From Eledone cirrhosa (Eukaryota): 64,000 nucleotides of DNA. The notes under the pieces are model-generated. The model was not told the DNA's origin and did no database searches. It saw nothing but the letters and a program-made list of their open reading frames with translations. A program made the translations under genes and the position numbers. The number at the start of each line of letters is the position of its first letter. Within the stretch, counting starts at the first letter, position 1. Location: NCBI GenBank assembly GCA_964016885.1, contig OZ024748.1:42098001-42162000 (forward strand), written 5' to 3'. Positions 1 through 12,497 of this stretch are shown here, piece after piece.

Positions 1-293
1 TATATATATATATGTGTGTGTGTCTATATGTATTACATTGTAGTGTATGTATATGTGTGTATAATATATATATGTATGTATGTGTGCATGTATATGTATT
101 GTATTGAGTAAATTCGAAGCTAAAGTATTGATTAAGTAGCGGCGGCGATGTGACGTGTGAAGAAGTAGAAGAAAGAAAAGAAGACGAATTAGAGGTAGAA
201 AGAGGAGGAGAATAAGAAGCAGAGTGAGGATGTGAAATGTAAATGTGTGTGAAATGTGAAGCAGTAGTCGCCATATTGCTATTTCACGTCTTT

Positions 294-308
294 CTCTGCG
301 CACGGCCC
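294..308 (+). promoter_or_regulatory. Metal-response element (MTF-1 site), CTCTGCGCACGGCCC
   Basis: Exact match to the extended MRE consensus CTNTGCRCNCGGCCC (core TGCGCAC at 297-303). It lies 600 bp upstream of a zinc-transporter ATG, in a CpG-containing patch with a YY1-like CGCCATATTG at 269-278. Confidence 0.65.
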
Positions 309-907
309 AAAACAAACGTGAAAGGCCATGTGTTAGAAAAACATTTTCAACCGGGACCTTCAAATGTAAATAATTTGGGTCATCATCATAATATATATAT
401 AATACATAGACAAACTTAACTACATACCCATATTTCAGTTTTCTCTGCAAGCATAGGGACCTTATCCAACGCAACAAAACTAAAGACAAGCGATCCCGTT
501 TTGATATTTCGGAGGATTCTAATGAACATGTTTCTTCTTTTTATTGGAAAATTCCAAACAAGAACATAACAAAATTTCATTATTTACTTTATAGTCCACC
601 CCTTAATTTTTCCAAACTTCTTGTTTTTATTTGGCAGAGGAAAAACCGTTAAATAATAATAATTGATTGTTTAATTAATTTTTTTGCTGAGGATGAGAAT
701 ATATGTTTAGGAGAATAACTATTCTAGTCTATTTCATTTTTTTTGCCTTTCATTTAAATAACTTAAACACTATTTTTTAAATCTTTTCATTGATATCTTT
801 TTATTTGTTAGTTGGAGAAAAAGAAAAAAAAAATTCCAAGCGTGTTTATTTTTATTGAAAATTTAATAATTCGCGACAAAAAAAAAACTGTTCATTCAGC
901 CTTGAGA

Positions 908-1468
908 ATGTGCCCGGTATTCACTGGAAAGTATTGCATCTTATGTTTTCTATTCTGTTTGCTTCTGTCGCCTTCTTCTCCCAACAAATCTGAGAAAACC
1001 CGGCTTTCACCACCACCACCACCAAATACGACACCTCCACCAATATCATCGCCTAATTCCAGGCTTGAAGAAGACAATTACAAGCAAAAAAGTCCCAAAT
1101 CTTATGAAAAAGCTAATCATAATTTCGAATCTGAACAGCAGATCTCCCACCCCGATAGGAGGAACACTACTTTATACTTCATAAAGATTCTCTTTGACAA
1201 ATACGGTGAAGCCGACACTTTGACATTAGATGGTTTGAAATTATTGCTTTACAGTATCGGCCTTGAAACTAAGCAAAATGTTTCCTCTGTGTTGTCCCCA
1301 ACTTCCAAGTCATCTGTCCCCACGAATCCATCTTCCCTATCTTCCACACATGTCGACAGCACGGAAGAGCCGAATTCTGTACAAGGTGCTCGTTCCAGGA
1401 GACACGTATCTACTAACAAATCAACTTCTGATTCAAATAATGAAAAACACAGCCGTCCATCATCAGCG
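908..1468 (+). CDS. First coding exon of a LIV-1 subfamily ZIP zinc transporter (ZIP6/ZIP10/foi-like ectodomain)
   Basis: ATG at 908 and a signal-peptide-like start (MCPVFTGKYCILCFLFCLLLSPSS). The motif YFIKILFDKYGEADTLTLDGLKLLLYSIGL resembles the ZIP6/ZIP10 LFxRYGENxxLSxxGxxKLLxNxGL motif. Also an RSRR dibasic site and a phase-0 donor GCG|gtaat. No downstream exons recognised in the window. Confidence 0.75.
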
Positions 1469-1764
1469 GTAATAATATTCACATTTTTCTTCTTACTTTT
1501 TGCTTATTTTACTATCAGTTTTTAACACTAACCTTCTATGTACATAACCACTCACTTTCTTTCTCCAATCATTTCATCTTTCTATCTCTCCTTATTCTCT
1601 CTCTCCATCTCCTTTGCTATGTTCTATCATTCCTCGTTTATTTTACAAGTCTGGACAATATAACAATATATATCTTTATATACAAACTTTGAATTGCCAG
1701 AAATATATATATATATAATAGTAATTAAATAAATACCTCCTTATTTAACCATGAACACTATAAC

Positions 1765-2225
1765 TCAAGCATACAATTTATGTATATATATGCACATGTA
1801 TAGTATAGTAGTACATATAGACATACATACATATTTAATAGCATGTATACACACGTATAACAATGCATACACACACGCACATGTATAATAGTATATATAT
1901 ATACACATGTACAACAATATATACACACACATGTATAGCAATATGTACACACGCACATGCATGATAATACATACATATATAACAATATACACGCACGTGT
2001 ATAATAATAATACAATATGTATACACACATTCATAATATATATATATATATATACACGTACGTGTATAATAATACGATATGTATACACATACATAATATA
2101 TATATATACACACACAGGCATAATAATATATATATATACACATGCATAATAATATATATACACACACATGCATAATAATATATATACACACACATGCATG
2201 ATAATATATATATATATGCACACAT
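1765..2225. repeat. Degenerate AT/AC low-complexity repeat
   Basis: Repeated (ta)n-cacacatgcataataa units; source of spurious YI/CV ORFs. Confidence 0.85.
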
Positions 2226-2427
2226 AAATAAAAGTAAATAAGACTAGAGTATATAAGATTTTCTTGGTCTGAAAAAAAAATATATACAGGCTGATCCTCT
2301 AAATTATATCAAAAACCACATTCTCCCAGCTATATATGTATATAAGTTTATCCCGGGTTGAATCGGGGGGTAACCACAGTAAGTAAGGTACTCAATAGAT
2401 AGCAGAGTATAAATATTTAATATAGAA

Positions 2428-2480
2428 AGGCTTCTACAGGACTAGAACTGTTTCATTCGGTAGAAATCATCAGGCTTCCT
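2428..2480 (-). ncRNA. Degenerate type I hammerhead ribozyme motif (Penelope-like remnant)
   Basis: Minus strand reads CTGATGA-tttctaccgaat-GAAA-cag..ctg-TA-gaagcct. Stem III ACAG/CTGT is intact; stem I is not complementary as assembled. Confidence 0.4.
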
Positions 2481-2679
2481 GATAATATAGTGAGGGGTAC
2501 AAAAGAAAGAAAAGACCAATGGACACCTGATGTAGAAGTTATGTATTTATATTAACAGTGTGATGTGACACCACACTACCAGTAGTTTCAAGACGATATA
2601 TATATATATATGTGTGTGTGTGTGTTAGAACTGACCGTCGCAAGAATGAGTACTCGGTATCATTATAGATATTATTATC

Positions 2680-2856
2680 TAGTATCAGTAGAGGGCCGGA
2701 CACCATGCTTTGAAGCATAGAGTTACCTCCCTTTATGGTCTGAGTTCAAATCCCGCCGAGGTTAACTTTGCCTTTCATCCTTACAGGGTCGATAAAATAA
2801 AGTACCAGTAATACACTGTTATAATTGCTGGCCTTGTGCCAAAAGTAGAAACAGTT
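2680..2856 (+). mobile_element. tRNA-derived SINE, family A (5'-eroded)
   Basis: B-box GAGTTCAAATCCC followed by the family body ...ctttgcctttcatcc...aaagtaccagta...ggccttgtgccaaaagtagaaac, which recurs more than 10 times in the window. Confidence 0.8.
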
Positions 2857-4000
2857 ATCTTTATTAAGGCGAAGTTTGGGTGTAGTTCCTCTGGAGTTTC
2901 TCCTGAGTACACTCACCCAAGTATTGTTTGTGGTGACCCCTGTGAATAAACAGGAGACACCTCCGGTGTAACAAAAGCCTAGAGAAAGAGAGATAAAAAC
3001 CGTGTGTATGTCTGTCAAATTACCAGGGGATGTCTCGAAAGAATGAGAATAAAAAGCTGCTTCCAGTGAATCCAAACTACTTCAAGTTATATAACTTGAT
3101 ATATATTTTTTTTCTGACAAACTCGGACGATGACCAGTTAGATAAATGAGATATTTGGTCTTTTCAACCGAACGAACGAATGGATGGAGGTTGCATTCAT
3201 CCTATCTCATTTCATTCATATTTAATCGTGCATGAGTGGATTAATGATCTCTAAAAACAGAACTGATCACATGCGATTAAACATTCGATTTGGGAAGAAT
3301 GATAGAAAAGAAATATTGCTAGTTTGGTTATCAATTATCTTGCCAGCTCTCAATTCTTTGCTGTTTGGCGATTCTTCAACCATAAAAAAATATCTGCCTA
3401 TATCGTCATCAGATCAACAATGTATTATTTCTCTTAGAAATCTTTTTATCATTTTGAAAACCTCCAAAGAAATTAATATATTTCAGAAACTTTGTCTTTT
3501 CTCAGTCGATTAAATGTATATCGATATCAATCTACTAACATCTTACTCCAGTACATCTTAAATTCACTATACTATATATATATATATATATATATAGTAT
3601 AAAAATATTTGCTTGTTGTATCCCAACAATTTAAATAGAACTTCTACATATATATATATATATATATTTTTTTTTTTCTATACTACTGTGGCTTCTCTTA
3701 GCAGATGTTCTGTGAGCAGTTGAGATTAAATTTTAAAAGTACGAAAATGACATTTGACATTTAATAAACATACATACACACACACACATATGTGTATATC
3801 TATATACATACATACATATTTACATACATGCATATATATATATGTATTAAGGATATTATTTATGGTTATGTATATACTAAAACTTTTTATAGTTACATAT
3901 ATTTAAACCCTAAACAGTGAAAGACAGTAATTTATTACTACCTTATTACCAGTAAGATAAATAGCTCAATGTAATAACATCAGTTGTTCTACAGAGCAGT

Positions 4001-4619
4001 TATATAGAAATCACATGAATCAAAGTTCTGTTCAAACCATTTATTAGCTTACAATTGTTTCGTCCAAACCTGGATTGTGAAAAGGGTGGTGTATACAAAA
4101 ACCATAACATTATTTTGCTTCTCATTTTTAATATTCCTCTGCACACAAGCTTCTTTATCATACATAAAAAATACTTTACCAATACAACCCCCATAATACT
4201 CTTGATTACCCGCTTAAAGTGCTTGTATTGCATATAACACATTGCCGCACAATAATTTTATATAAATAAGACACACGTGCATGCCCCACGTGTAACTATT
4301 GCATACACTAACTACTTCAAACTATCCTCTTGCATTATCTTCGTAAACTGCCGATGTTGTATTTTAACTTTAATTTTGTTTTAATATGATTTTAATTTTT
4401 GAATTTAAATTGCCATGCAAAAATATTATAATTGATGTCACCCCACTGTGCTTCGATATATACATATGTTTCTGTATGTCTCTTGTGTTGGAAAGGAGGT
4501 CATGTATGTAAACAATCATTGAAAAATTACTCCGAAGACTCCAAACCTCGGTTTGGGCGAAACAATTGTAAGCTAATAAATGGTTTGAACAGAACTTTGA
4601 TTCATGTGATTTCTATATA
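4001..4619 (+). mobile_element. Penelope-like element remnant with inverted pseudo-LTR arms
   Basis: About 70-bp near-perfect inverted repeat (4001-4070 / 4550-4619). The right arm overlaps a hammerhead motif and is followed by AATAAA. Confidence 0.65.
4526..4577 (+). ncRNA. Minimal type I hammerhead motif with a core substitution (CCGAAGA)
   Basis: attact-CCGAAGA-c tccaaacc tc ggtttggg c-GAAA-C AATT G-TA-agctaat: stem II hairpin and palindromic loop 3. Confidence 0.5.
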
Positions 4620-5129
4620 TATATATATGTATATCATCATCATCATTTAACGTCTGCTTTCTCTGTTGGCAAGTATTGGATAGGTCTTCATAGACCAAGT
4701 CAGTACTGAAGCAGGGCTACTGACCTCCCTGACAGGTTGAAGGGTCTGTATCTCTCTTACAGTCATATCGAGGGCAGAGAAGTTGTTTTTTAATACAAAC
4801 TGAAGGGTCCTCCTTACTCCTTGTTTGGCAAGCTTTCTATGACTGGATGCCCTTCCTAACGCCAACCACTTTTACAGTGTGGACTGGGTGCTTTTAATGT
4901 GTAGATCACCAGCACGAAGGAGGCTGTCATGTCTTTGAGACAATTAAAGGGTCCTCTTAACCCTTTTTGGTATGGTTTCTGCATATATATATGTGTGTAT
5001 GTATGCATGTATTGTGATTATCATGACTAACGTTTATTTTCCATATTTGCATGGATTAGATGATAGTCGAGTGTTGAGGCCTGAGTGTTATGGCTTGGTG
5101 TCTACGGTTGAATGCCTTTCCTAAAGCCA

Positions 5130-6018
5130 ACCACTTACAGAGTGAGGTGGGTGTTTTTGTTGTGACACCAGCACTATCACTTTACAGAGTGTACTGGGTG
5201 TTTTTGTCGTGTCACCAGCACTATCACTTTACAGAGTGTACTGGGTGTTTTTGTCGTGTCACCAGCACTATCACTTTACAGAGTGTACTGGGTGTTTTTG
5301 TCGTGTCACCAGCACTATCACTTTACAGAGTGTACTGGGTGTTTTTGTTGTGACACCAGCACTATCACTTTACAGAGTGTACTGGGTGTTTTTGTTGTGA
5401 CACCAGCACTATCACTTTACAGAGTGTACTGGGTGTTTTTGTTGTGACACCAGCACTATCACTTACAGAGTGTACTGGGTGTTTTTGTTGTGTCACCAGC
5501 ACTATCACTTTACAGAGTGAACTGGGTGTTTTTGTTGTGACACCAGCACTATAACTTTACAGAGTGTACTGGGTGTTTTTGTCATGTCACCAGCACTACC
5601 ACCTTACAGGGTGAACCAGGTGTTTTTGTCATGGCACCAGCACTACCTCCTTAGAGTGAACTGGGTGTTTTTTTTTTTTTACGTGACACCAGCACTATAA
5701 CCTTACAGAGTGAACTGGGTGTATTTATTATGACACCAGCACTACCAACTTACAGAGTGAACCAGAGATTTTGTCGTGACACCAGCACTACCACTTTACA
5801 GAGTGTACTGGGTGTTTTTGTCGTGACACCAGCACTACCACTTTACAGAGTGTACTGGGTATTTTTGTCATGTCACCAGCACTACCACCTTACAGAGTGT
5901 ACTGAGTGTATTTATCATAGCACTACCACTTTACAAAGTGAACTGGGTGTTTTTGTTGTGACACCAGCACAACCACTTTACAGAGTGAACCAGGTGTATT
6001 TATCATGGCACCAGCACT
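5130..6018 (+). repeat. 47-bp minisatellite (about 18-19 copies) expanded inside a SINE/RTE 3' tail
   Basis: Unit gacaccagcactatcactttacagagtgtactgggtgtttttgttgt; flanks continue as retroelement-tail sequence (gcctttcctaaagccaaccac). Confidence 0.9.
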
Positions 6019-6441
6019 AAGGTGCTCTGTGCCCTTTGATCCTGCTGGGAGGCATTGATATCATTTAACATCTATTTTTTCACACTTGAGTATATATAGA
6101 GTATATGTATACCTTATGTATGTATGCATACACACATGCATGCACACACATAGTTAGATACATGAACTTTTCCATGTTGGAATGGGTTGGATGTGACCTT
6201 TTGAGGCAATGTTTTACAGCCTGATGCCCTTCCTGACATTAATCATTTTAGTCACTTCTTACAGCAGAGATGTCTACAGTGACATTATTGCAGACTTTGC
6301 TGTTGCTATCGAAAATATGTCAAAACAGGCAACTACTTGTAGCGTATGACTTTCAGTGGAACTGGAATCTCTGTGATCACTTTCAGAGGGCCCTTAATAA
6401 AATAAATTTTGAAAATAATGAAGAATAGCTTAATTTTTTCA

Positions 6442-6671
6442 TTAACACTTTAGCAATTAAATCGGTCGAAATCAGGCCAGAATTCTCTCACGCCTTTCTC
6501 TTCAAACTGGCTGTAACTGGTTGCTCATACTTATTTATGTTCAGGCATTGTTCTCAAAATAAATAATATCAATCTCATAGATTCAATATTATGAGATAAT
6601 TATGTGAAATAAAATGTTTATTGTGAAAGTACAATAGTAGATATAGAATAATGTAAATGTTAAAGGGTTAA
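6442..6671. mobile_element. piggyBac-type MITE (degenerate copy of 57131-57359)
   Basis: TTAA-cactttagcaatt ... aaatgttaaaggg-TTAA; internal sequence similar to the 57.1-kb copy. Confidence 0.7.
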
Positions 6672-6949
6672 GTTGATGTTTGGAACATTACTTAATAAAA
6701 TTGTGATGGAAGGTTTTAATATAACGTGAAGTTATGTATAATAAAACCAGAAGAAGCTTCAGATAGGTTGCTATCTAAAGGGTTAAGTATATAAGTTCCT
6801 ACTTTTATATTTGTGCTTCAATTAGGTTGCAAAATAAGAGAATAGTACTCTCCATTCAATCATACTTCTATGTTAAGAAGTATTCATCCTTTTGGTACCC
6901 AACTGGCTCAAACTGCCCCTTATCTACGATATAATGTTTATTTTAAAAT

Positions 6950-7330
6950 CTTCTTCCAGTGGGTCCTGTCAGAAGCAACTGTCTCCAACTGATCCGACTG
7001 GATCCCCAATTGAGACCAGCCAAGCTCATGGATGTTATCCAACCCTCTTGCTCAGGGTCTACCTCTAGGTCTCCTGCCGGTTGGTTTTGCCTGTTAAATC
7101 TGTCCAGCGATTCTTTCCTAAGACATTCTAATCACATGCCTGTAATATCGGAGCTGTGATCTCTCAGTTCAGAGTTTCTTTCCTGAGACATTCTAACCAC
7201 ATGCCCATAGTATCAGAGCCGTCTTCTCTCAATTCACAAAAGTAGTGGCTCTACCTGAAGCAACACTCTAATCTCCGGGCTACATACTCTTTCGATTAAC
7301 ATTACTCCAAAGACCTTTCTATCGTAATTT
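6950..7330 (-). mobile_element. RTE-type LINE 3' fragment (other copies at about 8800-9040, 30740-30970, 57540-57990)
   Basis: Minus strand encodes a degenerate GHVVRMSQERIAxQILxAKPTGRRPRGRPxxRWLDNIHEL-like peptide, typical of the RTE C-terminus. Confidence 0.7.
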
Positions 7331-8104
7331 TACATAAGACCTTTGTAAAGTTATAATCAAAAGACCTGCTTCATAATGAGAAAATTACATTATTAAATAC
7401 CTTCAATATTTTCAAAATTCGTCAGAAATCATTGGAAGTCTTTCATTAGAAATGGCAATGAAAGGTTTAAATATATATATTTAGTTCAACATCTATAGTT
7501 ATGTGGAAATCACATTAACCCTTTTGATACCAGACTGCCAAAAATCTCCCCTGTTTGTTTTAAAGCGCATATATTTATCTTAATACTTTCCATCATAATT
7601 TTATGTAATAACTATTAATAAGTTATGCTCCTAACATTAATGTAATATTAAAAATGTTAGTTATATTACTAAATCCTTTTGAAATCTTTTGTTATTATTT
7701 TCAAAATTAATTGAAAACCATCGACAGTGTCTTTCATTAGAAATTTGATAAGATGAGTTACTCATCTTGTGCTGAAGAAAGCCAATGTTGTCGTCTTAAA
7801 TTTCTCTCAGTAACCCATGTCTCATATTAGTAAACACTTTGCTCAATCTACCGTTAAAATTTACTCAACTTCTTGAAATTTCTTATCTTTTACCCCCATT
7901 CAACCCCTGCTATAATCAGCAATTATAACTGTTCGTTTTCTTCAAATTAATGAAGTTGAATTAACTGTTTTGATATTGTTAAATGATGCTGCTGTTGTGT
8001 GTGACCATCAATGATTACATACACTCACATGCAGTTGAGCTGTGAGACATTGTTTATGCAGGACATAAACAAATATTTCCAGCTACACATGCTGTGTTAA
8101 TCTG

Positions 8105-8161
<57 letters not shown>

Positions 8162-9044
8162 GTGTCTTGATAGTTAAGACTGGTAGATAGATACATGGAT
8201 AAACAGACTGTTTAACAAATAGACAGCAAAACAACAGTTTGTGTAATGAAGACACAAATGGAGAGAGAAAAGCTGTAGTATCTGTCATACATAAGGATGG
8301 TCATCAGAAGTAATAGTCAGTCATGAGACACCAATATACACTTTTTCTTGATATTTCTCACACACATGCACTATACTATAACCTCTGATTACTTCTGAGA
8401 TGTGTGAGGGTTAGGATGTTGAACTTCTATCCTAAGGTTGTGGGATAATTCCTAGATCAAGCAGTGTGTTGTGTTCTTCAGCAAGATGATTCATTTCACA
8501 TTCCCTTTCATGATAGGACTAGGGCCCCTATCTTTAAAATACCCAAGAAACTGCATAGGGGACCAGCTAAACCTACATAGCTGTTAGCTTTATATTTCAT
8601 TTAATTCCATACCACTATAGATTCTGTTTTCATGTAATGTATCTTAAACTAAATCAGCCTGGAAAAGCTCATCTCTCTTCAAGTTTTACTTTGAGAAAGA
8701 AACAGTATCAGATTTACATACATATGGGTTAAGTGAACTGCGGCCCAGGACCTCATTATATTAAATATAAATTCTTCTTTGCCTACTTATTTCCGAGAGG
8801 GTCGTGGGGGCAGAGTCCTCAAACACTCTTTCAGTGGGACCTGTCAAACAATTGTCTCCAATTGATCCAGCTGGATACCCAGGCGTGACCAATGAAGCTC
8901 AAGGATGTTATCCAACCATCTTACTCATGGTCTACTCCTGGGTCTCATGTCAGTTGGTTTTACCCGTAAAATCTGTCCAACTATTCTTTCCTGAGACATT
9001 GTAGCCACATGTCCATAGTATCAGAGCTGGAGTGACTCTGATGC

Positions 9045-9235
9045 TTGGTGGATGATTGGCAGTATTGGTAGAGGGTCGGACGCCATGCTTTGCAGCACAG
9101 TTAGGTCCCTTTACGGACTGAGTTCAAATCCCGCCGAGGTTAACTTTGCCTTGCATCCTTACAGGGTCGATAACATAAAGTACCAGTAATACCCTGGTAT
9201 AATTGCTGGCCTTGTGCCAAAAGTAGAAACAATTA
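9045..9235 (+). mobile_element. tRNA-derived SINE, family A
   Basis: A-box-like TGGCAGTATTGGTAGAG, B-box GAGTTCAAATCCC and the family body and tail. Confidence 0.85.
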
Positions 9236-9308
9236 TAAATATACATTAATAACTATGAAAAATGTTTGTCAAAATATAGAATATATTTGTTATTAAATAC
9301 ATTTCTTT

Positions 9309-11618
9309 ATCTTAGTGTTGCCTCTGTTTTAGAGATCAGCAAGGATTGATGCTGGAATCTTAGTGTTGCCTCTGTTTTAGAGATCAGCAAGGATTGATGC
9401 TGGAATATTAGTGTTGCCTCTGTTTTAGAGATCAGCAAGGATTGATGCTGGAATCTTAGTGTTGCCTCTGTTTTAGAGATCAGCAAGGATTGATGCTGGA
9501 ATCTTAGTGTTGCCTCTGTTTTAGAGATCAGCAAGGATTGATGCTGGAATCTTAGTGTTGCCTCTGTTTTAGAGATCAGCAAGGATTGATGCTGGAATAT
9601 TAGTGTTGCCTCTGTTTTAGAGATCAGCAAGGATTGATGCTGGAATCTTAGTATTGCCTCTGTTTTAGAAATCAGCAAGGATTGATGCTGGAATCTTAGT
9701 GTTGCCTCTGTTTTAGAGATCAGCAAGGATTGATGCTGGAATCTTAGTGTTGCTTCTGTTTTAGAAATCAGCAAGGATTGATGCTGGAATCTTAGTGTTG
9801 CTTCTGTTTTAGAAATCAGCAAGGATTGATGCTGGAATCTTAGTGTTGCCTCTGTTTTACAAGGATTGATGCTGGAATCTTAGTGTTGCCTCTGTTTTAG
9901 AAATCAGCAAGGATTGATGCTGGAATCTTAGTGTTGCGTCTGTTTTAGAAATCAGCAAGGATTGATGCTGGAATTTTAGTGTTGCCTCTGTTTTAGAGAT
10001 CAGCAAGGATTGATGCTGGAATCTTAGTGTTGCTTCTGTTTTAGAAATCAGCAAGGATTGATGCTGGAATCTTAGTGTTGCCTCTGTTTTAGAAATCAGC
10101 AAGGATTGATGCTGGAATCTTAGTGTTGCCTCTGTTTTAGAAATCAGCAAGGATTGATGCTGGAATCTTAGTGTTGCTTCTGTTTTAGAGATCAGCAAGG
10201 ATTGATGCTGGAATCTTAGTGTTGCTTCTGTTTTAGAGATCAGCAAGGATTGATGCTGGAATCTTAGTGTTGTTCTGTTTTAGAAATCAGCAAGGATTGA
10301 TGCTGGAATCTTAGTGTTGCCTCTGTTTTAGAGATCAGCAAGGATTGATGCTGGAATCTTAGTGTTGCCTCTGTTTTAGAAATCAGCAAGGATTGATGCT
10401 GGAATCTTAGTGTTGCTTCTGTTTTAGAGATCAGCAAGGATTGATGCTGGAATCTTAGTGTTGCTTCTATTTAAAGAGATCAGCAAGGATTGATGCTGGA
10501 ATCTTAGTGTTGCTTCTGTTTTAGAAATCAGCAAGGATTGATGCTGGAATCTTAGTGTTGCTTCTGTTTTAGAAATCAGCAAGGATTGATGCTGGAATCT
10601 TAGTGTTGCCTCTGTTTTAGAAATCAGCAAGGATTGATGCTGTAATCTTAGTGTTGCGTCTGTTTTAGAAATCAGCAAGGATTGATGCTGGAATCTTAGT
10701 GTTGCTTCTGTTTTAGAAATCAGCAAGGATTGATGCTGGAATCTTAGTGTTGCGTCTGTTTTAGAAATCAGCAAGGATTGATGCTGGAATCTTAGTGTTG
10801 CGTCTGTTTTAGAAATCAGCAAGGATTGATGCTGGAATCTTAGTGTTGCGTCTGTTTTAGAAATCAGCAAGGATTGATGCTGGAATCTTAGTCTTGCGTC
10901 TGTTTTAGAAATCAGCAAGGATTGATGCTGGAATCTTAGTGTTGCCTCTGTTTTAGAAATCAGCAAGGATTGATGCTGGAATCTTAGTGTTGCGTCTGTT
11001 TTAGAGATCAGCAAGGATTGATGCTGGAATCTTAGTGTTGCCTCTGTTTTAGAAATCAGCAAGGATTGATGCTGGAATCTTAGTGTTGCGTCTGTTTTAG
11101 AAATCAGCAAGGATTGATGCTGGAATCTTAGTGTTGCTTCTGTTTTAGAAATCAGCAAGGATTGATGCTGGAATCTTAGTGTTGCTTCTGTTTTAGAAAT
11201 CAGCAAGGATTGATGCTGGAATCTTAGTGTTGCTTCTGTTTTAGAAATCAGCAAGGATTGATGCTGGAATCTTAGTGTTGCCTCTGTTTTAGAAATCAGC
11301 AAGGATTGATGCTGGAATCTTAGTGTTGCTTCTGTTTTAGAAATCAGCAAGGATTGATGCTGGAATCTTAGTGTTGCTTCTGTTTTAGAAATCAGCAAGG
11401 ATTGATGCTGGAATCTTAGTGTTGCTTCTGTTTTAGAGATCAGCAAGGATGGATGCTGGAATCTTAGTGTTGCTTCTGTTTTAGAAATCAGCAAGGATTG
11501 ATGCTGGAATCTTAGTGTTGCTTCTATTTTAGAGATCAGCAAGGATGGATGCTGGAATCTTAGTGTTGCTTCTGTTTTAGAGATCAGCAAGGATGGATGT
11601 TGGAATCTTAGTGTTGTT
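9309..11618. repeat. 48-bp minisatellite, about 48 highly homogeneous copies
   Basis: Unit atcttagtgttgcctctgttttagagatcagcaaggattgatgctgga, with no spacers. Confidence 0.97.
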
Positions 11619-12017
11619 CTATGTGTAGGTTTACACTTACTTTTAATTTCCATTAAGTCTCTTGTAGTCAGATGCTGGGGGACTTCAAATGTTCTCTACC
11701 CCAGGGGCCCTTTGGGTGGCTTCTCTCTTTTAGAGGTTGGCCTAGATTGATACATTAATCTCAGTATTGTTCTATGGTCCCTAGCTGCTTTAATCTGGCT
11801 TACAAAGGTTTACACTCTCTTTAGCAAGCTAAACAATCATATATATATATATCTATCAAGCGTTAACCTAATATATACCTTCCATATACTGTACCGATTG
11901 TGTTATTTCTGTTTACCTTTTACATACATATATATATACATATATATATAAAAATTGAGGCTTGTTTGCATAATTGCAAACGAATCGAATGTTGTTATTA
12001 ATATTGGAAAAACTCAG

Positions 12018-12060
<43 letters not shown>

Positions 12061-12061
<1 letters not shown>

Positions 12062-12497
12062 CATTATCATCATCATCATCATTTTATGTCCGCTTTTCCC
12101 TGCTTGCAAGGGTGGGACGGGTCTTATTCAGCTCAGCATCTCTCCACTTGTCACGGTCCTTCGTTATCTCCACCGTGAACTTCAGCGATCTGAGGTCTGT
12201 TCTCACCACCTCCGCCCATGTTTTTTGTGGTCTACCTCTACCACATCTTCCTTCAACTGGCATTTCCTGACACTTCTTCACCATTCGGTCATCCTCCATG
12301 TGCACCACATGTCCATACCACCACAGTCTCCTCTCTCACACACTACATTCTATCCCTCTCAGCACATCGTTCACACACATTGACATTGCACATCCAACGG
12401 AGCATGCTTGCCTCATTCCTCTCCAGCCGTCGCATATCCTCTGCAGTTGCTGCCCAAGTCTCACTACCATGCAGCATCGCGCTCCTCACACAGGCAT
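12061..12497 (-). mobile_element. 5'-truncated RTE LINE fragment with (ATG)n tail
   Basis: Encodes ...GRGRPQKTWAEVVRTDL...DRDKWR; (cat)n tail at 12061-12082; same family as 55215-55612. Confidence 0.85.

Noticed and set aside
812-907. N-terminal extension of the 237-aa ORF
   Set aside because: It starts at TTG in an A-rich leader; the ATG at 908 gives a signal peptide, and the ORF tail after 1468 is intron.
3120-3520. Possible decayed mariner transposase fragment
   Set aside because: Only vague similarity by eye; no TIRs or catalytic motif could be confirmed.
9309-11618. CRISPR-like appearance of the 48-, 35- and 38-bp arrays
   Set aside because: Units are contiguous with no unique spacers, there are no cas genes, and the context is eukaryotic.
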